Origin: a virus
Lineage: Duplodnaviria > Caudoviricetes
IMG/VR virus record: IMGVR_UViG_3300009183_000272
Location: 1 to 29,385 of that record
DNA length: 29,385 nucleotides
Direction: 5' to 3' (one strand)
Numbering within the stretch: position 1 is the first letter of the stretch; every line of letters starts with the position of its first letter. Both the position numbers and the translations under genes were made by a program. Below the pieces are notes generated by a model. It ran no database searches. It saw nothing but the letters and a program-made list of their open reading frames with translations, and was not told the origin of the DNA. Below, piece by piece: positions 17,666 through 26,310 of the stretch.

Positions 17666-17843
17666 TTCGAGTCTTAATTATTTTTTTTAGATAAATAGCC
17701 AAATCCAATGCTTCCTCGTATGCATGTTGTAACCACTCATCTTCGCTTAAATCAGTGCGATCCATTGTCGTTCCATATTCCGCTCGGCCCTTCTCCTCTC
17801 TAAATAATAAATCATCAATGATATCGTATAAAAGTTTACTCAT
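17643..17843 (-). CDS. Hypothetical phage protein (66 aa, acidic helical)
   Basis: 'KGRAEYGTTMDR.DL...WLQHAYEEALDLAIYL' has an EExxD pattern reminiscent of all-alpha NTP pyrophosphatases. Confidence 0.6.
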   Translation of the reverse strand: MSKLLYDIIDDLLFREEKGRAEYGTTMDRTDLSEDEWLQHAYEEALDLAIYLKKIIKTRSENKDNL

Positions 17844-18580
17844 TATTTATCCGTTTTATTATGATGCTTGCCGCATGTTCTACATCTAAAAATTAATTTA
17901 ACAACTCCGCTTGCTAATGCTCTTCGGTCCTTGATTACCAGGTCATCGCTGCCACACTCCGGGCAACTGCCTTTGTGGTGACCAAATATTACTCCGTAAT
18001 GTGTTTTGGGTGCGATATGGTTTGATAGTTTCTTATGGACCTTCTCAAGCAATACAACATCCATCTTGCAATACTTAACCATCTTATCCATTGCAACTTG
18101 ATCCTTTTTTAAAACAATGTTTTTCCACAAATCAAAATCAGTTTTAATCTTGGAGCCAATGCCTAAATATCCGGCAATGTAATTAAGCTTATTGCTATTG
18201 AATTTAAATTTTGACCTTGATACTTTTAAGGTGTCAATGGTTTGGTAGGTTGGGAACATATCGATGCCGTAAAACAAACATCTTGTTCGCACCCAAGATA
18301 AATCAAACTTATCACCATTATGACCAACCAACTCATCCGCTTCATTTACAATCTTGATAAAATCTTGAAGCATCTTTTTATCGCTTTGCTTTACATCCCA
18401 GGTGAGTGCGTGAGTCTCTTTATCATCCTCCCATTTGTAACATATGCAAATAATGGCACGCTCGGTGATAATATTCTGCGGCCCTATGTTTAACTTAAAC
18501 CCGCTTTGCCAAAAAAAACCAATATTGGGGCTTGTCTCGATGTCGAAATACAATCTCTTCCTTTTGGTTCTCGTTATCAT
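17843..18580 (-). CDS. DnaQ/RNase H-like 3'-5' exonuclease with C-terminal Zn ribbon
   Basis: ExoI YFDIETS, ExoII GHNGDKFD, ExoIII YCKMDV; CPECGS...CRTCG. Confidence 0.85.
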   Translation of the reverse strand: MITRTKRKRLYFDIETSPNIGFFWQSGFKLNIGPQNIITERAIICICYKWEDDKETHALTWDVKQSDKKMLQDFIKIVNEADELVGHNGDKFDLSWVRTRCLFYGIDMFPTYQTIDTLKVSRSKFKFNSNKLNYIAGYLGIGSKIKTDFDLWKNIVLKKDQVAMDKMVKYCKMDVVLLEKVHKKLSNHIAPKTHYGVIFGHHKGSCPECGSDDLVIKDRRALASGVVKLIFRCRTCGKHHNKTDK

Positions 18581-18604
18581 AATGCGGGTTTAAGTGTAAA
18601 ACTA

Positions 18605-19351
18605 CTATTTTTTATAAGATAACTGATAACTAAATTCTCGGGGCTTATCATTCTCATGCTCCGCGTTCCATAATTGTTGGACCGCTTGGAACAATGACCA
18701 ATCATCCGAGGTATCATCTTTGGTCACCATCTGCCATCCTGGACCTTGGATGACTCCGTTCTTACCATAGGTCCGAGTCTTGGCATTCAGCCATAAAATA
18801 GCCACGCCATCAATGTCCGGCATGTTATCGGATTGCTTAACCGAATGATTATATAATTCCTTGTAAGCTGCCAATTGCAGCCAATAGCTATTATATATCC
18901 CGTTGCTTGTCTTAATGTCTAAAACATATGTTTTGCCATCAATGCTACAAATGCGATCAAGCGTACCGGCAAACTTTAAATGATTGCTTACAAAGGTTTG
19001 CTCAATCATTGCATGTACCGGCTTATGGTTTACGCTGAATTCAACATATCGCTCAAACATATTCCACTCCTCAAGCGAATACTTTGGGCGATTGTTATCA
19101 TCCAATAAAGTACACTCCATGCCGTGATCGTAATCTTCGGTCAATTGGTGTACTGTTGAGCCACGGCGCCCGGCGTTATCTCTTATCTCATCGGCCTTTG
19201 ATCCCATTTCCTTCATCCATTGAATCAAGGCAAATGGCTTTGGATAAGCTTCAAGCAAAGTGGTGGCACTTGGGAAATAATTCCCATCTTCATCGTGGTA
19301 AAATCTACCATCGACAAAAGTTAATTGATTGGTTTTGGTTTTTACTAGCAT
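18605..19351 (-). CDS. PD-(D/E)XK exonuclease (recombination-type)
   Basis: PSATTLL, RGSTVH, E...AGTLD...DIKTS and QLAAY motifs. Confidence 0.85.
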   Translation of the reverse strand: MLVKTKTNQLTFVDGRFYHDEDGNYFPSATTLLEAYPKPFALIQWMKEMGSKADEIRDNAGRRGSTVHQLTEDYDHGMECTLLDDNNRPKYSLEEWNMFERYVEFSVNHKPVHAMIEQTFVSNHLKFAGTLDRICSIDGKTYVLDIKTSNGIYNSYWLQLAAYKELYNHSVKQSDNMPDIDGVAILWLNAKTRTYGKNGVIQGPGWQMVTKDDTSDDWSLFQAVQQLWNAEHENDKPREFSYQLSYKK

Positions 19352-19533
19352 GTGTATTCTTTTATGGTTTCGGTAATTACTTTATCTCCGTTATTGGCAA
19401 TGACTGCGGTTGCAATTTGCTCAATCTCTTCAAGGGTTTCGGCCCCTGTAATAAACTTATTATCGACATATAAGAAATATCTCTCAAAATTGTCGATGAT
19501 GTTAATCTCTTTGGTAATTTTAATTTTCGGCAT
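19345..19533 (-). CDS. Hypothetical protein (62 aa)
   Basis: ORF overlapping the nuclease start, with an AT-rich leader. Confidence 0.6.
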   Translation of the reverse strand: MPKIKITKEINIIDNFERYFLYVDNKFITGAETLEEIEQIATAVIANNGDKVITETIKEYTC

Positions 19534-19552
19534 GTTTTTAATTTTAAATTAT

Positions 19553-19579
19553 AAAAAGTGCCTTTTTGTACGGAAGGCT
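19553..19579 (-). terminator. Possible weak terminator after the SSB-like gene
   Basis: Minus strand reads GCCTT-ccgtacaaa-AAGGC-ac-TTTTT. Confidence 0.35.
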
Positions 19580-19598
19580 AACCGCTAACCAAAACCAA

Positions 19599-20189
19599 CT
19601 AAAAAGGTGATTCCTCGGTATCAAGGACTAAATCATTATCATTATGCTTTGCAAATATCTTCAAAGCAGTTTGCTCAAGGAACTCCATCATTGCAGAATC
19701 ATCCCATTGCTCTTTACCTTTAACTTTAATCTTCTCCATTTGTGGTAAGCCATTAGGCGCATCCTTTGTGTAAGCCGGTGCAATCTTTGTATCATCTTGA
19801 TACATTGTTATGCCGGTAACTGTTTTGCTTACATCGTTTTTGTCCTTCATGGCCCAAGGCATAAATCTTAAAGGTTCCTCAATGTTAATGTTTGGCAAAG
19901 CTTTTAAAAAGCTTGATGCATATCGACTTGAGTACGGCATTGATACAATATATGTATCGGCGCCATCCTGGAATGTCAATTGCCATTGCTTACCATAATC
20001 ATTTTCACGAGTGTTTACATTTGTGATGTTACCCGTTAAGTCTTTGAAGCGCTCTTCAAAAACAAGCTTACCGGTTTTTGTTACTCGCTCGGTTGTGCGA
20101 TCATTCGCCGTTTTGTGTTGGCGTACTAGGTTCCCATCGGAAACGGAGAGGTAAGTTAAATTTGTACCTCCTAAATTTGATAAAGCCAT
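19599..20189 (-). CDS. Putative single-stranded DNA-binding protein (196 aa)
   Basis: Beta-rich core with acidic C-terminal tail ending DTEESPF; adjacent to the exonuclease. Confidence 0.55.
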   Translation of the reverse strand: MALSNLGGTNLTYLSVSDGNLVRQHKTANDRTTERVTKTGKLVFEERFKDLTGNITNVNTRENDYGKQWQLTFQDGADTYIVSMPYSSRYASSFLKALPNINIEEPLRFMPWAMKDKNDVSKTVTGITMYQDDTKIAPAYTKDAPNGLPQMEKIKVKGKEQWDDSAMMEFLEQTALKIFAKHNDNDLVLDTEESPF

Positions 20190-20222
20190 GATTTAAAAAT
20201 CGTTTGTTTTATAACGACATCA

Positions 20223-20286
20223 CAATACTAAACTATTTAATTTAAATAAAAAAACTTTTTTATTAAATTTTTTTAAATTACTTTTG
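20223..20286. promoter_or_regulatory. Divergent promoter region
   Basis: Plus-strand TACTTTTG (20279-20286) and minus-strand TAGTATTG (20223-20230) flank a very AT-rich spacer at the strand switch. Confidence 0.6.
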
Positions 20287-20297
20287 AAAGGTAAACG

Positions 20298-20366
20298 AAA
20301 TACCTCCGCTAATTAACAATAATTAATAATCGTAGTGGGTTATCCTGGATGGGAGCGGGGGTATTT
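20298..20366 (+). other. Stem-loop in the 5' leader of the replication operon
   Basis: AAATACCTCCGCT (20298-20310) pairs with AGCGGGGGTATTT (20354-20366): 13 bp with one U-G pair. Confidence 0.55.
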
Positions 20367-20384
20367 TATTAAAACCAAAATCTT

Positions 20385-20477
20385 ATGAAAATTTTATTTA
20401 TCATTGCATTCCTTATATTGGTTTGCATAAAAATCAACCTAGATGAAAACTATGAAAAAAGAAACACGAGGGCGTAA
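20385..20477 (+). CDS. Small hydrophobic peptide (30 aa; not in the ORF track)
   Basis: MKILFIIAFLILVCIKINLDENYEKRNTRA is the first ORF after the promoter. Confidence 0.35.
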   Translation: MKILFIIAFLILVCIKINLDENYEKRNTRA

Positions 20478-20610
20478 GCCACTCCCGGAAAAGGAAAAGA
20501 AAAAAGCTTTGACCATAATGGTGAAAAGCAAATTTTTAAACGAAGCTAAAAAAGAACTTAAAGAAATTGAGAGAATCTATTCTGCAAAGCAAAGTCATCC
20601 GGCACTTTGA
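20443..20610 (+). CDS. Small basic DNA-binding protein (not in the ORF track)
   Basis: MKTMKKETRGRKPLPEKEKKKALTIMVKSKFLNEAKKELKEIER...: an RGRKP AT-hook-like motif followed by strand-helix (ribbon-helix-like). Confidence 0.55.
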   Translation: MKTMKKETRGRKPLPEKEKKKALTIMVKSKFLNEAKKELKEIERIYSAKQSHPAL

Positions 20611-20830
20611 ATTAATCGGTTGGTATGTCGTAAAAATAATACAATGCAATAAAAATGGCATGCCCGACCTAATGATCCTCAAGGATGGTAAAACTTTCTT
20701 TATTGAATGCAAGGCCGAGAAGGGCCGGCTTTCGGAATTACAAAAGTATAGACATGAACAACTTGAAGAGCAAGGGTTTCGCGTTTATACTATTTACAAA
20801 ATGGATGAGATTAAATTTATAACCAAATGA
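20567..20830 (+). CDS. VRR-NUC domain nuclease
   Basis: E..LQ, GMPDL, FFIECK, GRLSELQ and G..V motifs. Confidence 0.9.
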   Translation: MRESILQSKVIRHFELIGWYVVKIIQCNKNGMPDLMILKDGKTFFIECKAEKGRLSELQKYRHEQLEEQGFRVYTIYKMDEIKFITK

Positions 20831-23301
20831 TTAAAGCAGCCAACTACTACGCAAATCAAGGTTTTTCCGTTATCCCAATAGGAGATAACAAGAGAGCAAT
20901 TTTCCCTTGGACCGAGTTCCAATCCAAAATAATGGATGCGGCAACAATGAAAGCCCAATTTACAAACACTAGGTCAAACAATATTGCCATCATCGGTGGC
21001 GCAGTCTCCGGAGGATTAGAGATAATTGATGTTGACCTTAAATATGATGTAAGCGGTACATTATGGAATCGACTCAAGGCCGAGCTTGGAGACTTAATGG
21101 AGCTTTTATATGTGGTACGCACCAAATCCGGTGGGTATCATTTATATTACAGGTCCGAAGAGATTGAAGGCAACCAAAAACTTGCGATGCGCCATGCAAC
21201 AAAAGAGGAACTAAAAGAGACACCACACGCAAAAGAGATAGTGTTAATTGAAACACGCGGTGAGGGAGGATATGTGCTTGCACCTCCATCCGAAGGGTAC
21301 ACTAAAGAAAAGGACTTTAAGATAAATGTTATAACATTAGAGCAAAGAGAATCCATCCTATCAATTTGCAGATCATTTAACGAAGTAGTTAAAGAGGTGC
21401 GCCAACAAGTTATCACCGATACCGCTAACTTTCAACTCACACCTTGGGATGATTACAATAACAAATGTGATGTAGTTGCATTACTTGAAAAGCACGGATG
21501 GACTTGGATTGAGCGCAAGGGTGAGCGTGATTACTTAAAGCGCCCAGGCAAAACCGATTCTCATATATCCGCAGATTATCATCAAGGCCTTGGACTGTTT
21601 AAAGTATTCTCAACATCAACCGAGTTTGAGACAGGCAAAGGATATAAGCCTTTTGCTATTTATACCATCCTTGAACATGGTAGTAACTTCTCTAATGCTG
21701 CCAAGCAATTGTCTCAAGATGGATTTGGTGAGCAAAAGAATCGCATCTCATCAAATATAAAGCGCGACTTCCTTAAGAAAAAAGAGGAAGGGCTTGATAA
21801 TAAAAATATCGCCGCCTACCTTTCACAAAAGCATAACCTTGATGTAACCAAGACCGAGGACTTAATAAAAGATATTGAGAGCGGTAATGGAGAGAGCATC
21901 CTTACATTTTGGAATGTGAATGATAAAGGCATTGTCACCATTGATCGCTCCAAGTTCCTTTCATTCCTTTCAATGAGTGGCGGGTTTTATATTTATTATT
22001 ATGACAATAAGCTTAATTACAAATTGGTCCGCGTTGAAGATGGTTTTGTCTCGGAGACAAACATGGAGCAAATTAAAAAATTCCTTAACTCTTATATTGA
22101 CTCCCTTCCTTCAAACTTTGATGGCACCAATCCATCCAAGCTCCGAGAGATAATATATAAGGGAGCCGATGCATATTTTAATAAAGGGTTGTTTGAGTTC
22201 ATGCAGAACATAAAGCTTAACTTCCTTAAGCACACCAAGACCGCTGCTTTTTATCCTTTTAAAAATGGAGTTGTCCGAATCACTAAAAATAAAAAGGAAC
22301 TAATTAAGTATGGGGATTTGGGCGTGCATGTTTGGAAAGATCAAGTAATTGATTTTAACATTGACATCGAGCAAGACATTGACTTTGAATATGTTCAGTA
22401 CACTAAATTTATTGATAAGGTTTGCAATGGAGACACGGAGCGCATTGCTTATGCCATTAGTTTAATTGGTTACTTGTTGCATACTTACAAGGATCCGACC
22501 AAATCATTTGCGGTTATCCTAGCAGAAGAGACCGAAGATGAGGCTCAAGGCGGTGGCGCCGGCAAAGGAATTTTCTTTAAGGCCATCGGTAAGCTTATAA
22601 ACCTGGTATCAATTGATGGTAAGAACTTTAAGCTTGATAAGTCATTCGCATTTCAACGCGTTGAGTTATCTACTCAATTAATTATCATTGAAGATTGCCG
22701 TAAAAATTTAGACTTTGAGGGATTTTATTCCAAGATTACCGAAGGGGTGACAGTTGAAAAGAAAAACAAAGATGAGCTTTATATTGATTACAATAATGCT
22801 CCCAAGTTTGGATTTACTACTAATTACACTATAAATTATAGTGGGGGCCACGGCAAGCGAAGAGTAAAAGTAATTGAGTTCGGTTCGTTCTTTAACCATA
22901 AGAACTCACCACTTGATTTCTTTGGCAATACATTGTTTAATGATTGGGATCAAGATGAGTGGAATCGATTCTATAATTTTATGATTGAATCAGTTCAAAT
23001 TTATCTTGAGACCGGTATTCCTGTTATTGAGAATAGCGACTCAATCAATCGTAAGAATGTTAAGCTTAATTTTGGTGAGGATTTCCTTGCATATTATGAT
23101 GATATTATTCGAGATAAATGGTTTGAGTTTGGCTCGGAATACATCTCATTTTGTAATATTAACGACCTAGATAAAAAGGATTACTCTCAAATGAGATTTA
23201 AAAAAGGACTAAATATGACCTCGGATATTTTTGGAATCAAATTAGAAACCCGCCGAAATAGGCAAAACAACAACAAACATGAGTTTAAAATCTTATCTTG
23301 A
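20827..23301 (+). CDS. Bifunctional primase-polymerase fused to a P-loop (SF3/D5-like) helicase
   Basis: N-terminal Prim-Pol motifs (GFSVIP, IIDVD, TKSGGYHLY, ETRGEGGYVLAPPS). C-terminal GGGAGKG Walker A, IIIED and FTTNY. Confidence 0.9.
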   Translation: MIKAANYYANQGFSVIPIGDNKRAIFPWTEFQSKIMDAATMKAQFTNTRSNNIAIIGGAVSGGLEIIDVDLKYDVSGTLWNRLKAELGDLMELLYVVRTKSGGYHLYYRSEEIEGNQKLAMRHATKEELKETPHAKEIVLIETRGEGGYVLAPPSEGYTKEKDFKINVITLEQRESILSICRSFNEVVKEVRQQVITDTANFQLTPWDDYNNKCDVVALLEKHGWTWIERKGERDYLKRPGKTDSHISADYHQGLGLFKVFSTSTEFETGKGYKPFAIYTILEHGSNFSNAAKQLSQDGFGEQKNRISSNIKRDFLKKKEEGLDNKNIAAYLSQKHNLDVTKTEDLIKDIESGNGESILTFWNVNDKGIVTIDRSKFLSFLSMSGGFYIYYYDNKLNYKLVRVEDGFVSETNMEQIKKFLNSYIDSLPSNFDGTNPSKLREIIYKGADAYFNKGLFEFMQNIKLNFLKHTKTAAFYPFKNGVVRITKNKKELIKYGDLGVHVWKDQVIDFNIDIEQDIDFEYVQYTKFIDKVCNGDTERIAYAISLIGYLLHTYKDPTKSFAVILAEETEDEAQGGGAGKGIFFKAIGKLINLVSIDGKNFKLDKSFAFQRVELSTQLIIIEDCRKNLDFEGFYSKITEGVTVEKKNKDELYIDYNNAPKFGFTTNYTINYSGGHGKRRVKVIEFGSFFNHKNSPLDFFGNTLFNDWDQDEWNRFYNFMIESVQIYLETGIPVIENSDSINRKNVKLNFGEDFLAYYDDIIRDKWFEFGSEYISFCNINDLDKKDYSQMRFKKGLNMTSDIFGIKLETRRNRQNNNKHEFKILS

Positions 23302-23458
23302 TCCGGTAAAAGCATTTGACAAATGGATAATTGCTAATCCAAAAGGGGGTATATTTGTATGGAAAGGCATCAAATTGGAGGTAAAACCTAAAAATGTACT
23401 TACTTGTACTTGGTTTGTACTCGGTTTGAGTCAAGTTTTAATACACATAAATAATTGA
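23279..23458 (+). CDS. Possible small protein (59 aa) running into the repeat region
   Basis: MSLKSYLDPVKAFDKWIIANPKGGIFVWKGIKLEVKPKN... overlaps the primase stop. Confidence 0.3.
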   Translation: MSLKSYLDPVKAFDKWIIANPKGGIFVWKGIKLEVKPKNVLTCTWFVLGLSQVLIHINN

Positions 23459-23671
23459 TAAACAACTAATTAAAAAAAATGTACTCAATGTACTCGCTTT
23501 TATTAAATATTTCCTTGACCTCTTCTTTTTTTTTATTTTTTATTATAATAGTCCAATTTATTATAGGTAAAGTGCGTACACGAGTACAAAAACCTCACAA
23601 CTAATTAATAGTCAATATGTTAAGCAAAAAAAAACCGAGTACATGTAACGAAATCATTGAGTATGTGTACT
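23395..23671. repeat. Iteron-like TGTACT(CG) direct and inverted repeats; putative replication origin
   Basis: TGTACT at 23395, 23405, 23416, 23480, 23489 and 23666; inverted CGAGTACA at 23581 and 23636; T-rich tract ~23520-23545; ACAACTAATTAA at 23462 and 23597. Confidence 0.65.
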
Positions 23672-24159
23672 TGAATCCACAAATTGACCAATTGATTAAA
23701 TCAGTACGGCCTAGCGATTTGCAAGATGACTTGAGACAGGAACTAGCTTTGGCATTGTTGAGCATCCATTGCGATAAGATAACCGAAATTTGGGCCTCTA
23801 ATGGCTTAATAGGATTCTCAATAAAGATTATTACTAATATGGCATTTAGCTCAACATCTCAATTCTATAAAAAGTTTCGTAAGAATGATTACGATAAAGC
23901 AATTAACTATTTAAAGTCTCAATTAAAATTACCCGAATTAAATCCTAAATTTGCCAAGGTTGCTAATGCTCGCCTGGTAGCAAAGTTTGCCGAGGATGAA
24001 ATGCAAGCTCATGAAGCGATACTCTTTAACAAATATGTTGAAGTAAGATCATGCAAAAAAGTAGCGGACCATTACAATATACCGGAAAAACATGTAAAGG
24101 ATATTATTAGGAAAACAAAACTTGAACTCAAAACACTATGTCTTAACCAAAACAAATAA
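23617..24159 (+). CDS. Sigma70/ECF-like transcription factor (180 aa)
   Basis: Region-2-like 'LQDDLRQELALALL' and region-4-like HTH 'SCKKVADHYNIPEKHVKDIIRKTK'. Confidence 0.65.
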   Translation: MLSKKKPSTCNEIIEYVYLNPQIDQLIKSVRPSDLQDDLRQELALALLSIHCDKITEIWASNGLIGFSIKIITNMAFSSTSQFYKKFRKNDYDKAINYLKSQLKLPELNPKFAKVANARLVAKFAEDEMQAHEAILFNKYVEVRSCKKVADHYNIPEKHVKDIIRKTKLELKTLCLNQNK

Positions 24160-24160
24160 A

Positions 24161-24358
24161 ATGGAAAAAATAGCAGTTAAAGATTTAAAAGAGTTTATAA
24201 ATAATAAAATAATTATTAAGAAAAATGGTCAATTAAATGACTATCAACAAGGTTTTAATGTAGCTTATGAATTGATTTTAAATTATATTAACCAAATAAC
24301 ACATGAAAATAATAATAACAATATTAATTTGGGAGGCAATAAAGATTATTTATTATAA
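24161..24358 (+). CDS. Hypothetical protein
   Basis: ATG at 24161, immediately after the sigma-like stop; very AT-rich. Confidence 0.5.
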   Translation: MEKIAVKDLKEFINNKIIIKKNGQLNDYQQGFNVAYELILNYINQITHENNNNNINLGGNKDYLL

Positions 24359-24374
24359 AATTATAAACCGATGA
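24303..24374 (+). CDS. Possible 23-aa peptide MKIIITILIWEAIKIIYYKIINR
   Basis: Its stop overlaps the next start (ATGA), suggesting translational coupling. Confidence 0.3.
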   Translation: MKIIITILIWEAIKIIYYKIINR

Positions 24375-24607
24375 TTACAGTACTTGCAGCGTTTTTATTT
24401 GCATATTATTTTGTTAATGTGGCCAAAATACCTTACATTATAAAAAAGATATGGGGCATTCCATTTGAGAAAAGAATGAAGCCATTTGATTGTGCGACAT
24501 GCTTAAGTGTGTGGTGTGCAGTGATACTATTTTTTTTACCGATTGAAATAAGTACCTTTATCGCAGTAATATTTGGAGCCGGTTTTTTAGGACAAAAAAT
24601 TAAGTAA
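24371..24607 (+). CDS. Small membrane protein with CxxC (DUF1360-like)
   Basis: 'KPFDCATCLSVW' between hydrophobic helices. Confidence 0.6.
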   Translation: MITVLAAFLFAYYFVNVAKIPYIIKKIWGIPFEKRMKPFDCATCLSVWCAVILFFLPIEISTFIAVIFGAGFLGQKIK

Positions 24608-24608
24608 T

Positions 24609-24845
24609 ATGTTACCAAAAGAAAAGGCAAAAGAATTAGTAAAAAAATATAGTGATATACAAATTGAAATAGGTAGTGAATATGAAGGTTATTTAATTGT
24701 TAAAATATTACAAGCTAAACAATGTGCATTAATATCAGTAGATGAGATATTAATTGAATATCCAAGTCAATGTCCAAAAGATAGTTATGAAATGGTTAGG
24801 CATTTATATTGGCAAGAAGTTAAACAAGAAATAGAAAAACTATAA
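24609..24845 (+). CDS. Hypothetical phage protein (78 aa)
   Basis: 'PKEKAKELV...AKQCALISVDEIL...YWQEVKQEIEKL' pattern; markedly AT-rich codons. Confidence 0.7.
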   Translation: MLPKEKAKELVKKYSDIQIEIGSEYEGYLIVKILQAKQCALISVDEILIEYPSQCPKDSYEMVRHLYWQEVKQEIEKL

Positions 24846-24846
24846 T

Positions 24847-25083
24847 ATGTTACCAATAAAGATTCCAATAATTTGCCATGATGATGTATCAAAGCAGATG
24901 AAGGACATGGGAATTGACACAGACTTTGCAGAATTGAAGCGGACATACTTTGTATTATTTTATATTGATTACATGGCGCAGTTGTTTAAAAACGGTATTG
25001 AATACACCGAGGTTGTTGTTGATAATAACAGTTATGTAAGTGATATGAAGATTGATGATATACTTAATTTAATAAAGCAATAA
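24847..25083 (+). CDS. Hypothetical protein (78 aa)
   Basis: Tightly packed ORF. Confidence 0.6.
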   Translation: MLPIKIPIICHDDVSKQMKDMGIDTDFAELKRTYFVLFYIDYMAQLFKNGIEYTEVVVDNNSYVSDMKIDDILNLIKQ

Positions 25084-26102
25084 TGAACGATAAGATTATC
25101 CAGGTCCTTGGAGTTACACAAAAGCAAAGCGGATGCGGATGGCACCGAGTATTGTTGCCGTTGGCATTTATGCCGGATTCATATAACCATATTTGTAATG
25201 CACCAACGGAAGAGATATTAAACGAAAGGAACTTTGAGATATTACTTTATAATCGATTCTCTCAATTTGATAATGATTGGCATGAGACAAAGAAACACTT
25301 TAAAGTAGTGATTGATTTGGATGATGATTGGGAGTTGCCGTATAGTCATCCTTTACACCAATATTACGAGCCACAAAAGAAAAGGGTAATAAACAATATC
25401 TTTAATGCGGACATGGTTACATGTACCAATGAGCGCATTGCGGAGAAGGTAAGTAAGTATAATAAGAATGTAAAGATATTTCCAAACTGCATTCCATTGG
25501 GTGAGCAACAATATACCGACTTGAGACATGAGTCGGATAAAGTAAGAATCTTTTGGGCCGGAGGATCAACACATATGAATGACATTGCAATACTTAAAAA
25601 CCCGATAAAGAGGTTTAATGCATTGCCAGGTATTGAGATGGTATTGGGCGGTTATACCGATACCGATCCGGTGAGTAAAGAGTATTGGGATAAAGTGCAT
25701 AGCATGTTTACTAATGGTGGAAAGTTATCTAATAGAAAACTTAATGGAACGTTACCAAATAATTACATGACTCATTTTGAGCATGCCGACATTATGGTGA
25801 TACCATTAGAGGACTCGCAATGGCATGCTTGCAAATCTAATCTTAAGATACTTGAAGCTGCGAGCAAAAGGATTGCATGTGTGGTGAGTGATGTTGAGCC
25901 ATACAACAAGGATAAGGATGCACCGGTATTATGGGTAAAGAGCCAAAGTGATTGGTTTAAGCACATATCTTATTTAACAAACAACCCAACCGAAAGGGTT
26001 AAAATGGGAAACGATTTATATGAGTGGGCAAAAGAAAAGTACAACTATCAAAAAATTGGTGCCGAGCGCCGAGAAGCATTTGGAAATCTTATTGAAGCAT
26101 AA
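25083..26102 (+). CDS. Glycosyltransferase, GT-B fold (GT4-like)
   Basis: 'GCGWHR..LP', 'VIDLDD', 'FWAGGSTH..D' and 'PLED..WHACKSNLKILEA' motifs. Confidence 0.8.
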   Translation: MNDKIIQVLGVTQKQSGCGWHRVLLPLAFMPDSYNHICNAPTEEILNERNFEILLYNRFSQFDNDWHETKKHFKVVIDLDDDWELPYSHPLHQYYEPQKKRVINNIFNADMVTCTNERIAEKVSKYNKNVKIFPNCIPLGEQQYTDLRHESDKVRIFWAGGSTHMNDIAILKNPIKRFNALPGIEMVLGGYTDTDPVSKEYWDKVHSMFTNGGKLSNRKLNGTLPNNYMTHFEHADIMVIPLEDSQWHACKSNLKILEAASKRIACVVSDVEPYNKDKDAPVLWVKSQSDWFKHISYLTNNPTERVKMGNDLYEWAKEKYNYQKIGAERREAFGNLIEA

Positions 26103-26310
26103 GCACCATTATGATCTATTTATCCGGAGTGGCGAAGTAGTAAACTTTCACGCAGATATTCAAGATGAGTTATTGAGCGTGATTAAATTAAAGATACCAC
26201 ACTATGATTACAATCGTAGGTGTGATGCATGCGTATGTGAATTTTTAGTGTTAACATATAAACAATTTAAAGATGAGTTACATCCATCCAACGGCGTTGA
26301 TTGGGCCTAA
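26080..26310 (+). CDS. Hypothetical protein with CxxC
   Basis: Probable TTG start near the GT stop (track start 26020); contains 'RRCDACV'. Confidence 0.5.
   Translation: MEILLKHKHHYDLFIRSGEVVNFHADIQDELLSVIKLKIPHYDYNRRCDACVCEFLVLTYKQFKDELHPSNGVDWA

Noticed and set aside
18605-19351. Cas4 / CRISPR-associated nuclease
   Set aside because: It lacks the four-Cys Fe-S cluster pattern and has no cas context; an ordinary phage PD-(D/E)XK exonuclease fits better.
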